The notes under the pieces were generated by a model. It was not told where the DNA came from. It made no database searches and saw nothing but the letters and a program-made list of their open reading frames with translations. Shown one piece after another: positions 1 to 8,426 of a stretch of DNA of 64,000 nucleotides. Each line of letters opens with the position of its first letter. Position 1 is the stretch's first letter. The translations under genes and the position numbers were made by a program. This stretch comes from Candidatus Hydrogenedentota bacterium (GTDB lineage: Bacteria > Hydrogenedentota > Hydrogenedentia > Hydrogenedentales > JAGMZX01), in contig JAKQEQ010000037.1 of assembly GCA_029556545.1 (NCBI GenBank), forward strand, positions 10,315-74,314, in the 5' to 3' direction.

Positions 1-1112
1 TACCGCTGGGTCATCTGGCTCGACGCGTGGCCCAGCGCCTTCTGCACCTCGAAGAGGGTCGCGCCGGACTGCACCATGTGGGATGCGAACGTGTGCCTCA
101 AATCGTGGATGCGGAAGTCGGAGATCCGGGCGGCCTCCAGCACGGCGGCGAAGGCCCGCTGCGGCTGCATGACGGGCGTGTTCGGCATGCGCCCGGGGAA
201 CACGAACGGGTGGTCCCCGGCGCGCAGCTGGCGCATCCGCTCTATCTCCGCCCAGGCGGCGCTGGACAGGTAGACCCGGCGCGCCTTCCCCGACTTCGTC
301 CGCCTGAGGTGGATGGACCGCGTCTCGTCGTCCACGTCCTCCCAGCGGAGCGCGAAGACCTCGCGCGAGCGCAGTCCGCTGAACAGCAGCGTGCGCAGCC
401 CGGATGCCACCGGGATGTTGTCGCACGAATCGAGCGCCGCGAGGAATCGCCTCACCTCGTCCCTCGACAGGTAGCGCTCGCGGCCCTGCGGCTCCTGGAA
501 CTTCTTCACGCCGATGCAGGGGTTCCTTCCCAGCAGGTCGATCTTCACGGCCCAGTTCAGCATGGCCTTGAGAAGGACCAGATGGTGGTTGGCCGTCGCC
601 GCCGAAAGCCTCTCCCTCATCTTCGCGTGGAACTGCTGCACGTCGCGCGTGGTGATAGCGTCGATCTGCCTGTCCCTGAAATACGGCAGCGCGCCGGTGT
701 TGAGGCGGCTGATGATGACGTCCGGCCGCCGCACGGTCGCCCTGGCGTGTTCAAGGTATTGGTCCGCGAAGGCCGCGAAGGTGGGCATGCTCTCCCGCTT
801 CTCTTTCGCTTCGGCGGGATTCTCCCCACGCGCCAGCATCGCCTTCATCTCCCACGCGCGGTCGCGCGCCTGCTTCAGGTTCATGGACGGCCCGAACTCG
901 CCGAGCCGGATGATCCGCTTGTTGTTCCTCCATCGGTAGCGAAGGAACCAGAATTTCCTCCCCGTCTTCGATACGTTCAGCCTCAGACCCACGCACTCGG
1001 CGTCGCAGAGCTCCATCTGCGTGGACGAGCTCTCTGGATCATGCGGGGGCAGCGTCTCCAGCGCCTTCTGCGTGAAGCGGAAGCGGGTCGGGCTCTCGAT
1101 CATTCTCGGCAT
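1..1112 (-). CDS. Tyrosine recombinase/integrase with N-terminal arm-binding domain (P4-like); 3' end truncated by the window
   Basis: Not in the ORF track because no stop lies in the window. Manual translation gives MPRMIESPTRFRFTQKALETL...GLRLNVSKTGRKFWFLRYRW...RLGEFGPSMNLKQARDRA, ending LFEVQKALGHASSQMTQR (box II LGH..T..Y). GGAGGA RBS at 1119-1124. Confidence 0.93.
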   Translation of the reverse strand, partial: MPRMIESPTRFRFTQKALETLPPHDPESSSTQMELCDAECVGLRLNVSKTGRKFWFLRYRWRNNKRIIRLGEFGPSMNLKQARDRAWEMKAMLARGENPAEAKEKRESMPTFAAFADQYLEHARATVRRPDVIISRLNTGALPYFRDRQIDAITTRDVQQFHAKMRERLSAATANHHLVLLKAMLNWAVKIDLLGRNPCIGVKKFQEPQGRERYLSRDEVRRFLAALDSCDNIPVASGLRTLLFSGLRSREVFALRWEDVDDETRSIHLRRTKSGKARRVYLSSAAWAEIERMRQLRAGDHPFVFPGRMPNTPVMQPQRAFAAVLEAARISDFRIHDLRHTFASHMVQSGATLFEVQKALGHASSQMTQR

Positions 1113-1333
1113 GGGTATTCCTCCTTTTTGTTTCGGTTGCTTCTCGTCTGGATGCGGTTGTCTTGTGCGCCAACGTCGGCTTAGTTCGTTGCACACGGGC
1201 GCATTCCCCCTGCAATCAATAGTATGTTCACGAGACGGCCCCGGCCTGACTGTACTCAGACGGGGCACCGGGTCCCGGCGGGTGCCGCCGGGCTCGCATC
1301 TCGCCGGGCGGAGCGGACGGCTGCCAGGGGTCT

Positions 1334-1460
1334 GGCGGGGCGCGGCGCGGTGCCGCGCCTCCCCTCCCGGTGTCCCCGTGGTGGTCAGGACCCGGCGCGG
1401 TTGCACGGGTGCCACGGGTTCCGGGGGATGGGGGCACGTGACGGTGCGCCGCGCCCCGCC
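1334..1460. repeat. Long imperfect inverted repeat upstream of the integrase
   Basis: Perfect 15-bp outer arms GGCGGGGCGCGGCGC (1334-1348) / GCGCCGCGCCCCGCC (1446-1460), plus nested inner complementary blocks. Confidence 0.7.
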
Positions 1461-1508
1461 GTCGTGGAGTGAAGTCAGCATCGCGCCTGCGAACGCGGCG
1501 CGATGGGG

Positions 1509-1790
1509 CTACGCGGGCCTGCGGTCCGGATAGTCGCGGTAGTACTCTCGGTCGAGGGCGGCCTCGAAGCGGCAGCGGATGGCCCCGACATCCAGGAATG
1601 TCAAAGCCGCCACGAAGCAGCCGCCATCCTCAAGATGCAGGAGCAATCCGACGTGGTCCACCTCATTCGTCCACTCGACCGAGGCCACCCGGCGTCCCTC
1701 CAGCTTCGCCGCGAGCGAGGCGAGGTAGTCCCGCCCCTCGTCGCAGCGCAGGAAGCGCGCGATGTCGGCGTGGTCGCTGCCGTCGCCCAT
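1509..1790 (-). CDS. Hypothetical protein (93 aa)
   Basis: Last gene of a tightly packed leftward operon; normal amino-acid composition. Confidence 0.7.
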   Translation of the reverse strand: MGDGSDHADIARFLRCDEGRDYLASLAAKLEGRRVASVEWTNEVDHVGLLLHLEDGGCFVAALTFLDVGAIRCRFEAALDREYYRDYPDRRPA

Positions 1791-1791
1791 G

Positions 1792-2310
1792 TCACGCGCC
1801 CTCCAGCCGCCGCACGCCGCGCCCGTTGAGGGTGACGTACGCCGTGCGGTAGTCGCGCCCGCACCACTCCAGGAAGCGGTCGATGACGGACTGCAGCAGC
1901 AGGGGCGTGTAGTCGAGCGTGAGGCACAGCCGCTCGTGGCGGGCGTCGTGCTGGCGGAAGAGCCCGCCGGTGAAGCCCGCGTCGCGGTAGTGCGCCAGCG
2001 TGAAGCGGACGCGCCACGCGAAGATGGCGGACGGCCCGAGGCGCGGGTCGCCGCCCGTCGCGAGGCCGTGCAGGTGCCGGGCGCGCTCCAGGATGGCCTC
2101 GGGGGCCATGCCGCGCTGCGCCCAGCCGATGTACTCGCACGAGTCCAGCCCGAGGGCCTTGCTCCTGCGGTGCGTCACGATGTGCCACGCGTCCGGGGCG
2201 GCGTCGGCCCACGCGATGACCCGCGCGAGCGCGGGGTCGGTCGTGGTGACGTCCGGCCGCCGCTCCGAGCGCCAGACGGTCGTGGTCCTGCGGAATGTCG
2301 TTGCGGTCAT
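1792..2310 (-). CDS. Hypothetical protein
   Basis: Start MTATTFRR 2 nt after the upstream stop, preceded by GGAGGAG. Confidence 0.7.
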   Translation of the reverse strand: MTATTFRRTTTVWRSERRPDVTTTDPALARVIAWADAAPDAWHIVTHRRSKALGLDSCEYIGWAQRGMAPEAILERARHLHGLATGGDPRLGPSAIFAWRVRFTLAHYRDAGFTGGLFRQHDARHERLCLTLDYTPLLLQSVIDRFLEWCGRDYRTAYVTLNGRGVRRLEGA

Positions 2311-2312
2311 GG

Positions 2313-2615
2313 TCAGTACTCCTCCGGCAGCAGCAGGGTCGTGGCCTGCCGCTCGCCGGTCGCCTCGTCGATGACGGCGTCCGTGATGATCCACAGCCTG
2401 GTTTCGCCCGATATGGTGTAGCTGCTCATCAGGCGCGCGCCCGTCTTCAGCGCGGCGGCGTTCGCCCGCTTGTCCTCGTCGCAGAGCTCGCCCCAGTCGC
2501 CACGGGCGTGGCGCTGGAGGAACTCGATGGGCAGTTGGCCCGCGTCCTCCAGCGCCGCCAGCGCGCCGGGCGTCGCGACGATCCGCCCGAGGGAGAAGGA
2601 AACGGCTTCGCTCAT
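2313..2615 (-). CDS. Conserved plasmid/phage-associated small protein (LGRIVATPGAL...RHARGDWGEL...LLLPEEY family)
   Basis: Recognisable motif set of a widespread mobile-element hypothetical family; GAGGAGG RBS. Confidence 0.8.
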   Translation of the reverse strand: MSEAVSFSLGRIVATPGALAALEDAGQLPIEFLQRHARGDWGELCDEDKRANAAALKTGARLMSSYTISGETRLWIITDAVIDEATGERQATTLLLPEEY

Positions 2616-2716
2616 GGAACCTCCTCGTGAGTTTGTTGATGGAAAAATGGAGGCCGGAACCGCACTGATTCCGGCCCATCCGCAAAGTGTTGTGTCGATA
2701 GCTGCGGTGCGTCGCC

Positions 2717-3196
2717 TCAGACGGCCCGCGCCTCGGGATGTGCGGCCAGCCACTCGGCCAGCGGCATGCGGCGCTCGACGGCGTACACGACCGCCTCGTT
2801 CCCCTCGAATGCGTAGGTGGAGCCCTCGCCCGCGCACTCCAATGCACGGCGAAGCCGCGCGGAGGAGGCGTCCGTCAGCTTCAGGCGAAGGCCGTATGCC
2901 CCGCGCCGCACGGCGATGCGCAGCCGCCGCGCCTCGCGCCGCTCGACGACCTCCACCTGGGAGACGCCGGTGACAACGCGCTCGGGCCGGTCGGACGCGC
3001 TCCAGTGCGGGGGGCGGGCCGGGCTGCCGTCCGTGAGGTGCACGGGCGTGAGGAACTGGCGGCCCGGGTCGGCCATGTCGAGGCAGCCCCATACGGCGAC
3101 GCCGCCGCACTCGGCGATCCAGCGCTCGACCTTGGCGGCGTCGCGCGCGCCGACCTCCAGCATGCCCGCCGCCGGAACGCAGATATCCGCGCTCAC
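2717..3196 (-). CDS. Hypothetical protein
   Basis: GTGA overlap with the upstream stop; globular composition (WIAECGGVAVWGCLDM...). Confidence 0.65.
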   Translation of the reverse strand: MSADICVPAAGMLEVGARDAAKVERWIAECGGVAVWGCLDMADPGRQFLTPVHLTDGSPARPPHWSASDRPERVVTGVSQVEVVERREARRLRIAVRRGAYGLRLKLTDASSARLRRALECAGEGSTYAFEGNEAVVYAVERRMPLAEWLAAHPEARAV

Positions 3197-3894
3197 GCTT
3201 CGGCCTCTTCGATCGGCATTTCCCCGACGGTTTCGACGGGGTCCGCATCTTCGGCGGGCTCGCGGGAAATGTCCGCAGTGGCGTCCCCCGGCGGGGCTTC
3301 GCCCTCGTCCGCGGGCTTCGCGGGCCGCTTGGCGAAGTTCGGGACCGGCTTCGGCGGATTCAGGGGCACCCGCTCCGCGTCCTTCGGCACCTTCAGCGCG
3401 AGCATGGATTCCTCCCACGCGTCGAGCGTGCCGGGCGACGCGAGTTTCATCATGCCCTTCTTCTCCGCGTCGGATACGAACACGCCCTCGGATTTCAGGA
3501 TGGCCGCGCCGAATCCCCCGTTGCAGGAGCTCTGGCCCCTCCATGCGGGCTTCAATATGAGCGTGCCCTTGAACAGGGCCGTGCCCTTCGGCAGGCCCGC
3601 GAGCGCGGCGCGGATGGCCGCCACCTTGACCCACTCCTTCGAGAAGCGCCCCGAGGACTCGTTGGCGTGGATCTGGACCAGGATCTCGTCGCCCATGCGC
3701 CCGACCCGGTAGGTCAGCAGCCCGTCGCCCTTGGGCGAGAGCTTCGACGCGGTGGCGGTCTTCAGCACCGTCACCATCGGCCCCGCCGCTGCGGTATCGG
3801 CCCGGCTGGTCGCGGCATCAGCGCCGCTGTCTTCCGCCGCCTGCGGGGCGGCCTCCGGCGCGGCGTCACCGCGCTTCGTTTTCTTCTTCGTCAT
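3193..3894 (-). CDS. Hypothetical island protein; apparent paralog of 22248-22772
   Basis: 233-aa ORF with core VLKTATAS...LTYRVG...FSKEWV...AAILKSEG and low-complexity termini; ATGA coupling. Confidence 0.75.
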   Translation of the reverse strand: MTKKKTKRGDAAPEAAPQAAEDSGADAATSRADTAAAGPMVTVLKTATASKLSPKGDGLLTYRVGRMGDEILVQIHANESSGRFSKEWVKVAAIRAALAGLPKGTALFKGTLILKPAWRGQSSCNGGFGAAILKSEGVFVSDAEKKGMMKLASPGTLDAWEESMLALKVPKDAERVPLNPPKPVPNFAKRPAKPADEGEAPPGDATADISREPAEDADPVETVGEMPIEEAEA

Positions 3895-4541
3895 GGTTCG
3901 TTGTCCCTTTCCTTTGGTTGCGATTCCCTGATGGCTTCGCCGTCTTTGATCTCCTGGGCCGGGACGGGTTCGCCCGCCCCCCGCCCGCGCTCCACGGGCG
4001 CGGCCCCGCGACGCACGCCAGAACGGCGGGCATCGCCAGCGCCGCGATTCGGAGGGGCAGCGGCCTTCCGGCCGCCGCGCCCCCGCTCCGCTGCTTCCTC
4101 GTCTTCGTCATGGTTCGTTGCTCCTTGCCGCCGCCTGTGTCTCGCGGGCGGCTTCCTTGTCCTTGGCCTTCCCGATTCGACCGGCCCGTCCGCTCCCCTT
4201 CCCCCGCCCCACGGCAGCAGGCCCCGCGCGCGCGCCTCGACCGAGGGCGTCACGTAGGCCGCGAGCCGATGCAGCACCAGCCCGATGGCCGCCGCGTCGT
4301 CCAATAGCCCAATGCCCGGCAGGGCATCGGGCACGGCGTCGAAGGGGTTCACTAGGTACACGAGCGCGGCGGCGATCAGCGCGCGCACCCACGCGGGGGT
4401 CGATTTGTCGGTGAGCAGGCAGTAGAGAACCAGCGACTGGTGGATGAGGCGCGAACTGGCCCTTCCGGGCAGCCGCGCGATCTTCCTCCAGAACGCGTCC
4501 TCCTTGAAGCCCGCCCCTTTGGTGCTTCCCCCGCGCGTCAT
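3891..4541 (-). CDS. YkvA/DUF1232 family membrane protein with low-complexity C-terminal extension
   Basis: Motif ALVYLVNPFDAVPDALPGIGLLDD; ATGA overlaps at both ends. Confidence 0.8.
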   Translation of the reverse strand: MTRGGSTKGAGFKEDAFWRKIARLPGRASSRLIHQSLVLYCLLTDKSTPAWVRALIAAALVYLVNPFDAVPDALPGIGLLDDAAAIGLVLHRLAAYVTPSVEARARGLLPWGGGRGADGPVESGRPRTRKPPARHRRRQGATNHDEDEEAAERGRGGRKAAAPPNRGAGDARRSGVRRGAAPVERGRGAGEPVPAQEIKDGEAIRESQPKERDNEP

Positions 4542-4912
4542 GACGGCACCTCCGCGTCGCACTCCTCTAGCAGCCTCGCGCGGATCGCCGGGTCGAGCGC
4601 CGGGGAATCGACGACGATCCACGAGATGCCGTACTGGTTGTTGTGCAGGGTGCAGGTGACGAAGCAGCTGTCCTCGCGGTAGCCGCCCTCGAACAGCGCC
4701 TTGCGCAGGCCGTAGCCGACCTCCGCCTCGATCTCCGTCTCGCTCTCGCCGCCCTCGACGAGGATGGCGTAGCCGTCGTCGTCCGGGTCGTAGGTCTCGC
4801 CGTATTCCGCGTACGCCTCGATGAGGCCCTTCACCACGCGGCGCACCGCGTCGCGCACCGGCGGAGACAGGTCCGCCGCCTCCACGTCCGCCAGACTCTT
4901 GAACGTCTTCAT
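4538..4912 (-). CDS. Hypothetical acidic protein
   Basis: MKTFKSLAD... with AAGGAGA RBS; first gene of the leftward operon. Confidence 0.75.
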   Translation of the reverse strand: MKTFKSLADVEAADLSPPVRDAVRRVVKGLIEAYAEYGETYDPDDDGYAILVEGGESETEIEAEVGYGLRKALFEGGYREDSCFVTCTLHNNQYGISWIVVDSPALDPAIRARLLEECDAEVPS

Positions 4913-5195
4913 GGGCAAAATCTCCTTGGCAGCCAGGTCCTGACCAAGGAGATGATTTGTGTCCGAGGGGCGCTTCGATACGGACGGAAGGGGCAAACCG
5001 TGTGGAAAGGGAGTGTCGGTCTTTCACCTCACGTGCGCAGTATTCCTTTTTGCGCATGGCATTGGGTTACCGCTCACAGCCGGGCGGCGGCCCCTTTCTT
5101 GGGAGAGGCGGCGCTCGCTCTTCGCGCGACGCGCCGGAGCCGGAAACCGGTGGCAAGGGGAAACTGCATGCCAAGCGTCTCGAAGGGAAGGTGGA

Positions 5196-5257
5196 ACCCC
5201 ACCCACCCCAACACCCCACCTACGGCCACCAGGTTGAGGTGTTGGGGTGGGTGGGGT
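5196..5257. repeat. Perfect 20-bp inverted repeat of C/G tracts
   Basis: ACCCCACCCACCCCAACACC (5196-5215) / GGTGTTGGGGTGGGTGGGGT (5238-5257). Confidence 0.85.
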
Positions 5258-5470
5258 GGTCCTGTCCCCTGGAACTCATAGCGGTTGACTTGAATGAAGG
5301 ATCTCAAAGACCGTAGGATGACAATGACGAAAGTGATCAAGACACCCGAAAATGGGGACTATTCCTTGACAGATTGTAACTCTTGATAAGGCAAGGACTA
5401 ACGAGTATCGCGCAGAAAGCGGGAACAGTCTGGCAGGGAATAGCTCTCTCGGGGGGACCTGCAAACGGAG

Positions 5471-8293
5471 ATGACACCGTATCACAGCCAATACTGGGCA
5501 CATGCGCTGACACTGCAAAGCGCCGCCGGTAGCATCGAGACGCTCTCCCGGTCGATCTCGAATGCGCGTGTCGATCTCAATCCGCATCAGGTCGATGCGG
5601 CCCTTTTCGCGCTACGATCCCCGCTGTCCAAGGGTGTTCTTCTCGCCGATGAAGTGGGGCTGGGCAAGACCATCGAGGCGGGCATCGTCATTGCCCAGCG
5701 CTGGGCCGAGCGCCGCAGGCGCATCCTGCTGATCGTACCGGCCACGCTCAGAAAGCAGTGGCAGCAGGAGCTCGAAGAGAAGTTCTACCTGCCGACCGTC
5801 GTGCTGGAATCGAGGTCGTGTGCGCTGATGGAGCGGGAAGGCGTCGCAAACCCGTTCCAGCAGCACGACAGGATCGTCATCTGCTCGTACCAGTTCGCCG
5901 CTGCCAAGGCCCAGGAGGTCGCGCACACCCCGTGGGACCTCGTGGTGATCGACGAGGCGCACCGGCTGCGCAACGCGTACAAGACGTCCAGCCGCATGGC
6001 CCGCACGGTCGCCTTCGCCTTAGGCCAATCGCCGAAACTGCTCCTCACGGCAACGCCGCTCCAAAACACCCTCATGGAACTGTACGGCCTGGTCAGCGTC
6101 ATCGACGAGCACGTCTTCGGCGACGCCGCGTCGTTCCGGGAGCAGTTCACGCGCGCGATAGACGAGCAGAGCCGGAATTTCATGCTCCGCGAGCGCCTTC
6201 GCTCCGTGTGCATCCGCACGCTGCGCAAGCAGGTGGTCGAGTACATCCCGTTCACGCGGCGCACACCCATCACGCAGGACTTCCACCCAAGAGACGATGA
6301 ACACGCCCTCTACGAGGCGATTTCCACCTACCTGCAACGGGAGACCCTCATCGCGCTTCCGGCCAGCCAGCGCATGCTCATCACGCTCGTGCTGCGCAAG
6401 CTGCTGGCATCGTCCACCTTCGCCATCGCGGGCACGCTGCGCAGCCTGATCGCCCGGCTGGAGGATGTTTCCGCTTCCATCGGGTTCACCGAAGAGGATT
6501 TGGAGGAAATCGGCGAACTGGAAGAGGAATGGGCCTCCGACGAGGAAGAAACCGCCGAAGGTGAATTCGATATCGACCCCAAGCTCCTGAAGGAGGAGCT
6601 TGGGGAACTGCGCCGCTTCGCGGCCATGGCCGATGCCATCCGCGTCAACGCCAAGGGCGAGGCCCTTCTCCCGGCGCTGAAGATGGCTTTTTCCAGGGCC
6701 GAGTCTCTTGGCGCACAGCGCAAGGCCGTCATCTTCACCGAATCCCGGCGCACGCAGCAATACCTCTTCGACCTGCTCTCCGAGAACGGGTACGCCGGAC
6801 GGCTCGTGATGATGAACGGCTCCAACAACGACCCTGCTTCCAAGGAGATCTACGGCCAGTGGGTCGAGCGCCACAAGGGGCAGGATGTCGTATCCGGATC
6901 GCGCGCCGTGGATGTCAAGGCCGCCATCGTCGAGCACTTCCGCGACACCGCCGCCATCATGGTCGCCACCGAGGCCGCCGCCGAGGGCGTCAACCTCCAG
7001 TTCTGCTCGCTCGTGGTCAACTACGACCTCCCGTGGAACCCCCAGCGCATCGAGCAGCGCATTGGCCGCTGCCACCGCTACGGCCAGAAACACGACGTGG
7101 TCGTGCTCAATTTCCTCAACCGGCGCAACGAGGCGGACCAGCGGGTATTCCAACTGCTGAGCGACAAGTTCCGGCTCTTCGACGGCGTGTTCGGCGCGAG
7201 CGACGAGGTCTTGGGCGCGCTGGAGTCCGGTGTGGACATTGAGCGCCGCATCGCCCAGGTCTACCAGAGTTGCCGCACGCCGGAGGAAATCGCCGCCGCG
7301 TTCGACGCCCTGCAGGGCGAACTCGACCTGCAGATCCAGGCCCGCATGGCCGAAACGCGCCAGATGCTGTTGGAGAATTTCGATGAGGATGTCAGCGAGC
7401 GGCTCCGGGTGCACAAGGACAAGACGCTCGAAAGCCTGTCGGAGCGCGAGCGCTGGCTCCTTGGCCTCACGCGGACGGAACTCAACGGGCACGCGGAATT
7501 CGATGCAACGCAGCCGCGCTTCCGCTATTCCGGCGACGCCGCGCCCAGGGGCTGGTATCATTTCGACTGGAAAAGGGCGGAGCAGAACGGCGATATCTTC
7601 TACCGCCAGGGGCATCCGCTGGCCGTCCACATCATCGAAACCGCGCTGGGCCGCACTCTGCCGCCCGTGTCGCTCACGTTCCACTACACAGGCTACGGAG
7701 CCGTCATCAGCATCCTGAAGCCGCTGGTCGGCCAGTCAGGATGGCTCGAACTCTCCAAGCTCACCGTCGAATCCTTCGACACGGAAGAATTCCTCGTCTT
7801 CGCGGCGTGCACGGACGCCGGAGACGCCCTGGACGCCGAAATGTGCCGCAAGATGCTAGCGCTCCCGGCCACGGTGGACCCCATCCACCCCACCCAACCC
7901 AGTCTGGATGGTGTGCGCCAATCGGAAATTGACCGGCACCTCAAAGTAGTCGAGGATCGCAACGCCCGCTTTTTCGATGAGGAGGTCATCAAGCTGGACC
8001 GCTGGTCCGATGACCTCAAGCAGGGGCTGGAACGCGAGATCAAAGAGTTGGACAAGGCCATCCGCGAGGCGCGCAAGGTCTCCGCGCTCGCCGCCTCTCT
8101 AGCGGAGAAACTCGACGCACAGAAACGGATGAAAGCCCTCGAATCGGAGCGCAGCCACAAACGCCGCGAACTCTTTGACGCGCAGGACAAGATAGACGCC
8201 CAGCGTGATGAACTCATCGGCAAGATCGAGATGCAGATGAAGCAGAAACAGATGTGCCGCCAAGTATTCACTGTCCGGTGGCGGGTGGAATAG
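5471..8293 (+). CDS. SNF2-family helicase associated with type III R-M
   Basis: LLADEVGLGKT, DEAH, LTATP, EGVNLQ, NYDLPWNPQRIEQRIGRCHRYGQ motifs; coiled-coil C-terminus. Confidence 0.92.
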   Translation: MTPYHSQYWAHALTLQSAAGSIETLSRSISNARVDLNPHQVDAALFALRSPLSKGVLLADEVGLGKTIEAGIVIAQRWAERRRRILLIVPATLRKQWQQELEEKFYLPTVVLESRSCALMEREGVANPFQQHDRIVICSYQFAAAKAQEVAHTPWDLVVIDEAHRLRNAYKTSSRMARTVAFALGQSPKLLLTATPLQNTLMELYGLVSVIDEHVFGDAASFREQFTRAIDEQSRNFMLRERLRSVCIRTLRKQVVEYIPFTRRTPITQDFHPRDDEHALYEAISTYLQRETLIALPASQRMLITLVLRKLLASSTFAIAGTLRSLIARLEDVSASIGFTEEDLEEIGELEEEWASDEEETAEGEFDIDPKLLKEELGELRRFAAMADAIRVNAKGEALLPALKMAFSRAESLGAQRKAVIFTESRRTQQYLFDLLSENGYAGRLVMMNGSNNDPASKEIYGQWVERHKGQDVVSGSRAVDVKAAIVEHFRDTAAIMVATEAAAEGVNLQFCSLVVNYDLPWNPQRIEQRIGRCHRYGQKHDVVVLNFLNRRNEADQRVFQLLSDKFRLFDGVFGASDEVLGALESGVDIERRIAQVYQSCRTPEEIAAAFDALQGELDLQIQARMAETRQMLLENFDEDVSERLRVHKDKTLESLSERERWLLGLTRTELNGHAEFDATQPRFRYSGDAAPRGWYHFDWKRAEQNGDIFYRQGHPLAVHIIETALGRTLPPVSLTFHYTGYGAVISILKPLVGQSGWLELSKLTVESFDTEEFLVFAACTDAGDALDAEMCRKMLALPATVDPIHPTQPSLDGVRQSEIDRHLKVVEDRNARFFDEEVIKLDRWSDDLKQGLEREIKELDKAIREARKVSALAASLAEKLDAQKRMKALESERSHKRRELFDAQDKIDAQRDELIGKIEMQMKQKQMCRQVFTVRWRVE

Positions 8294-8426
8294 GGAGGAT
8301 AGGCCATGGCGCAGACTACCGAGAAGTCACCTGTCGCACAAGGGAGGACATCATGAGGCATGCTCTTTCCATGAAGCATACCGGGTTGCAGGTGGATGTA
8401 CCGGCCACAACTGGGAGAACTCTTGA

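Noticed and set aside
27-1184. 385-aa plus-strand ORF
   Set aside because: Antisense shadow of the integrase, which has the motifs and RBS on the minus strand.
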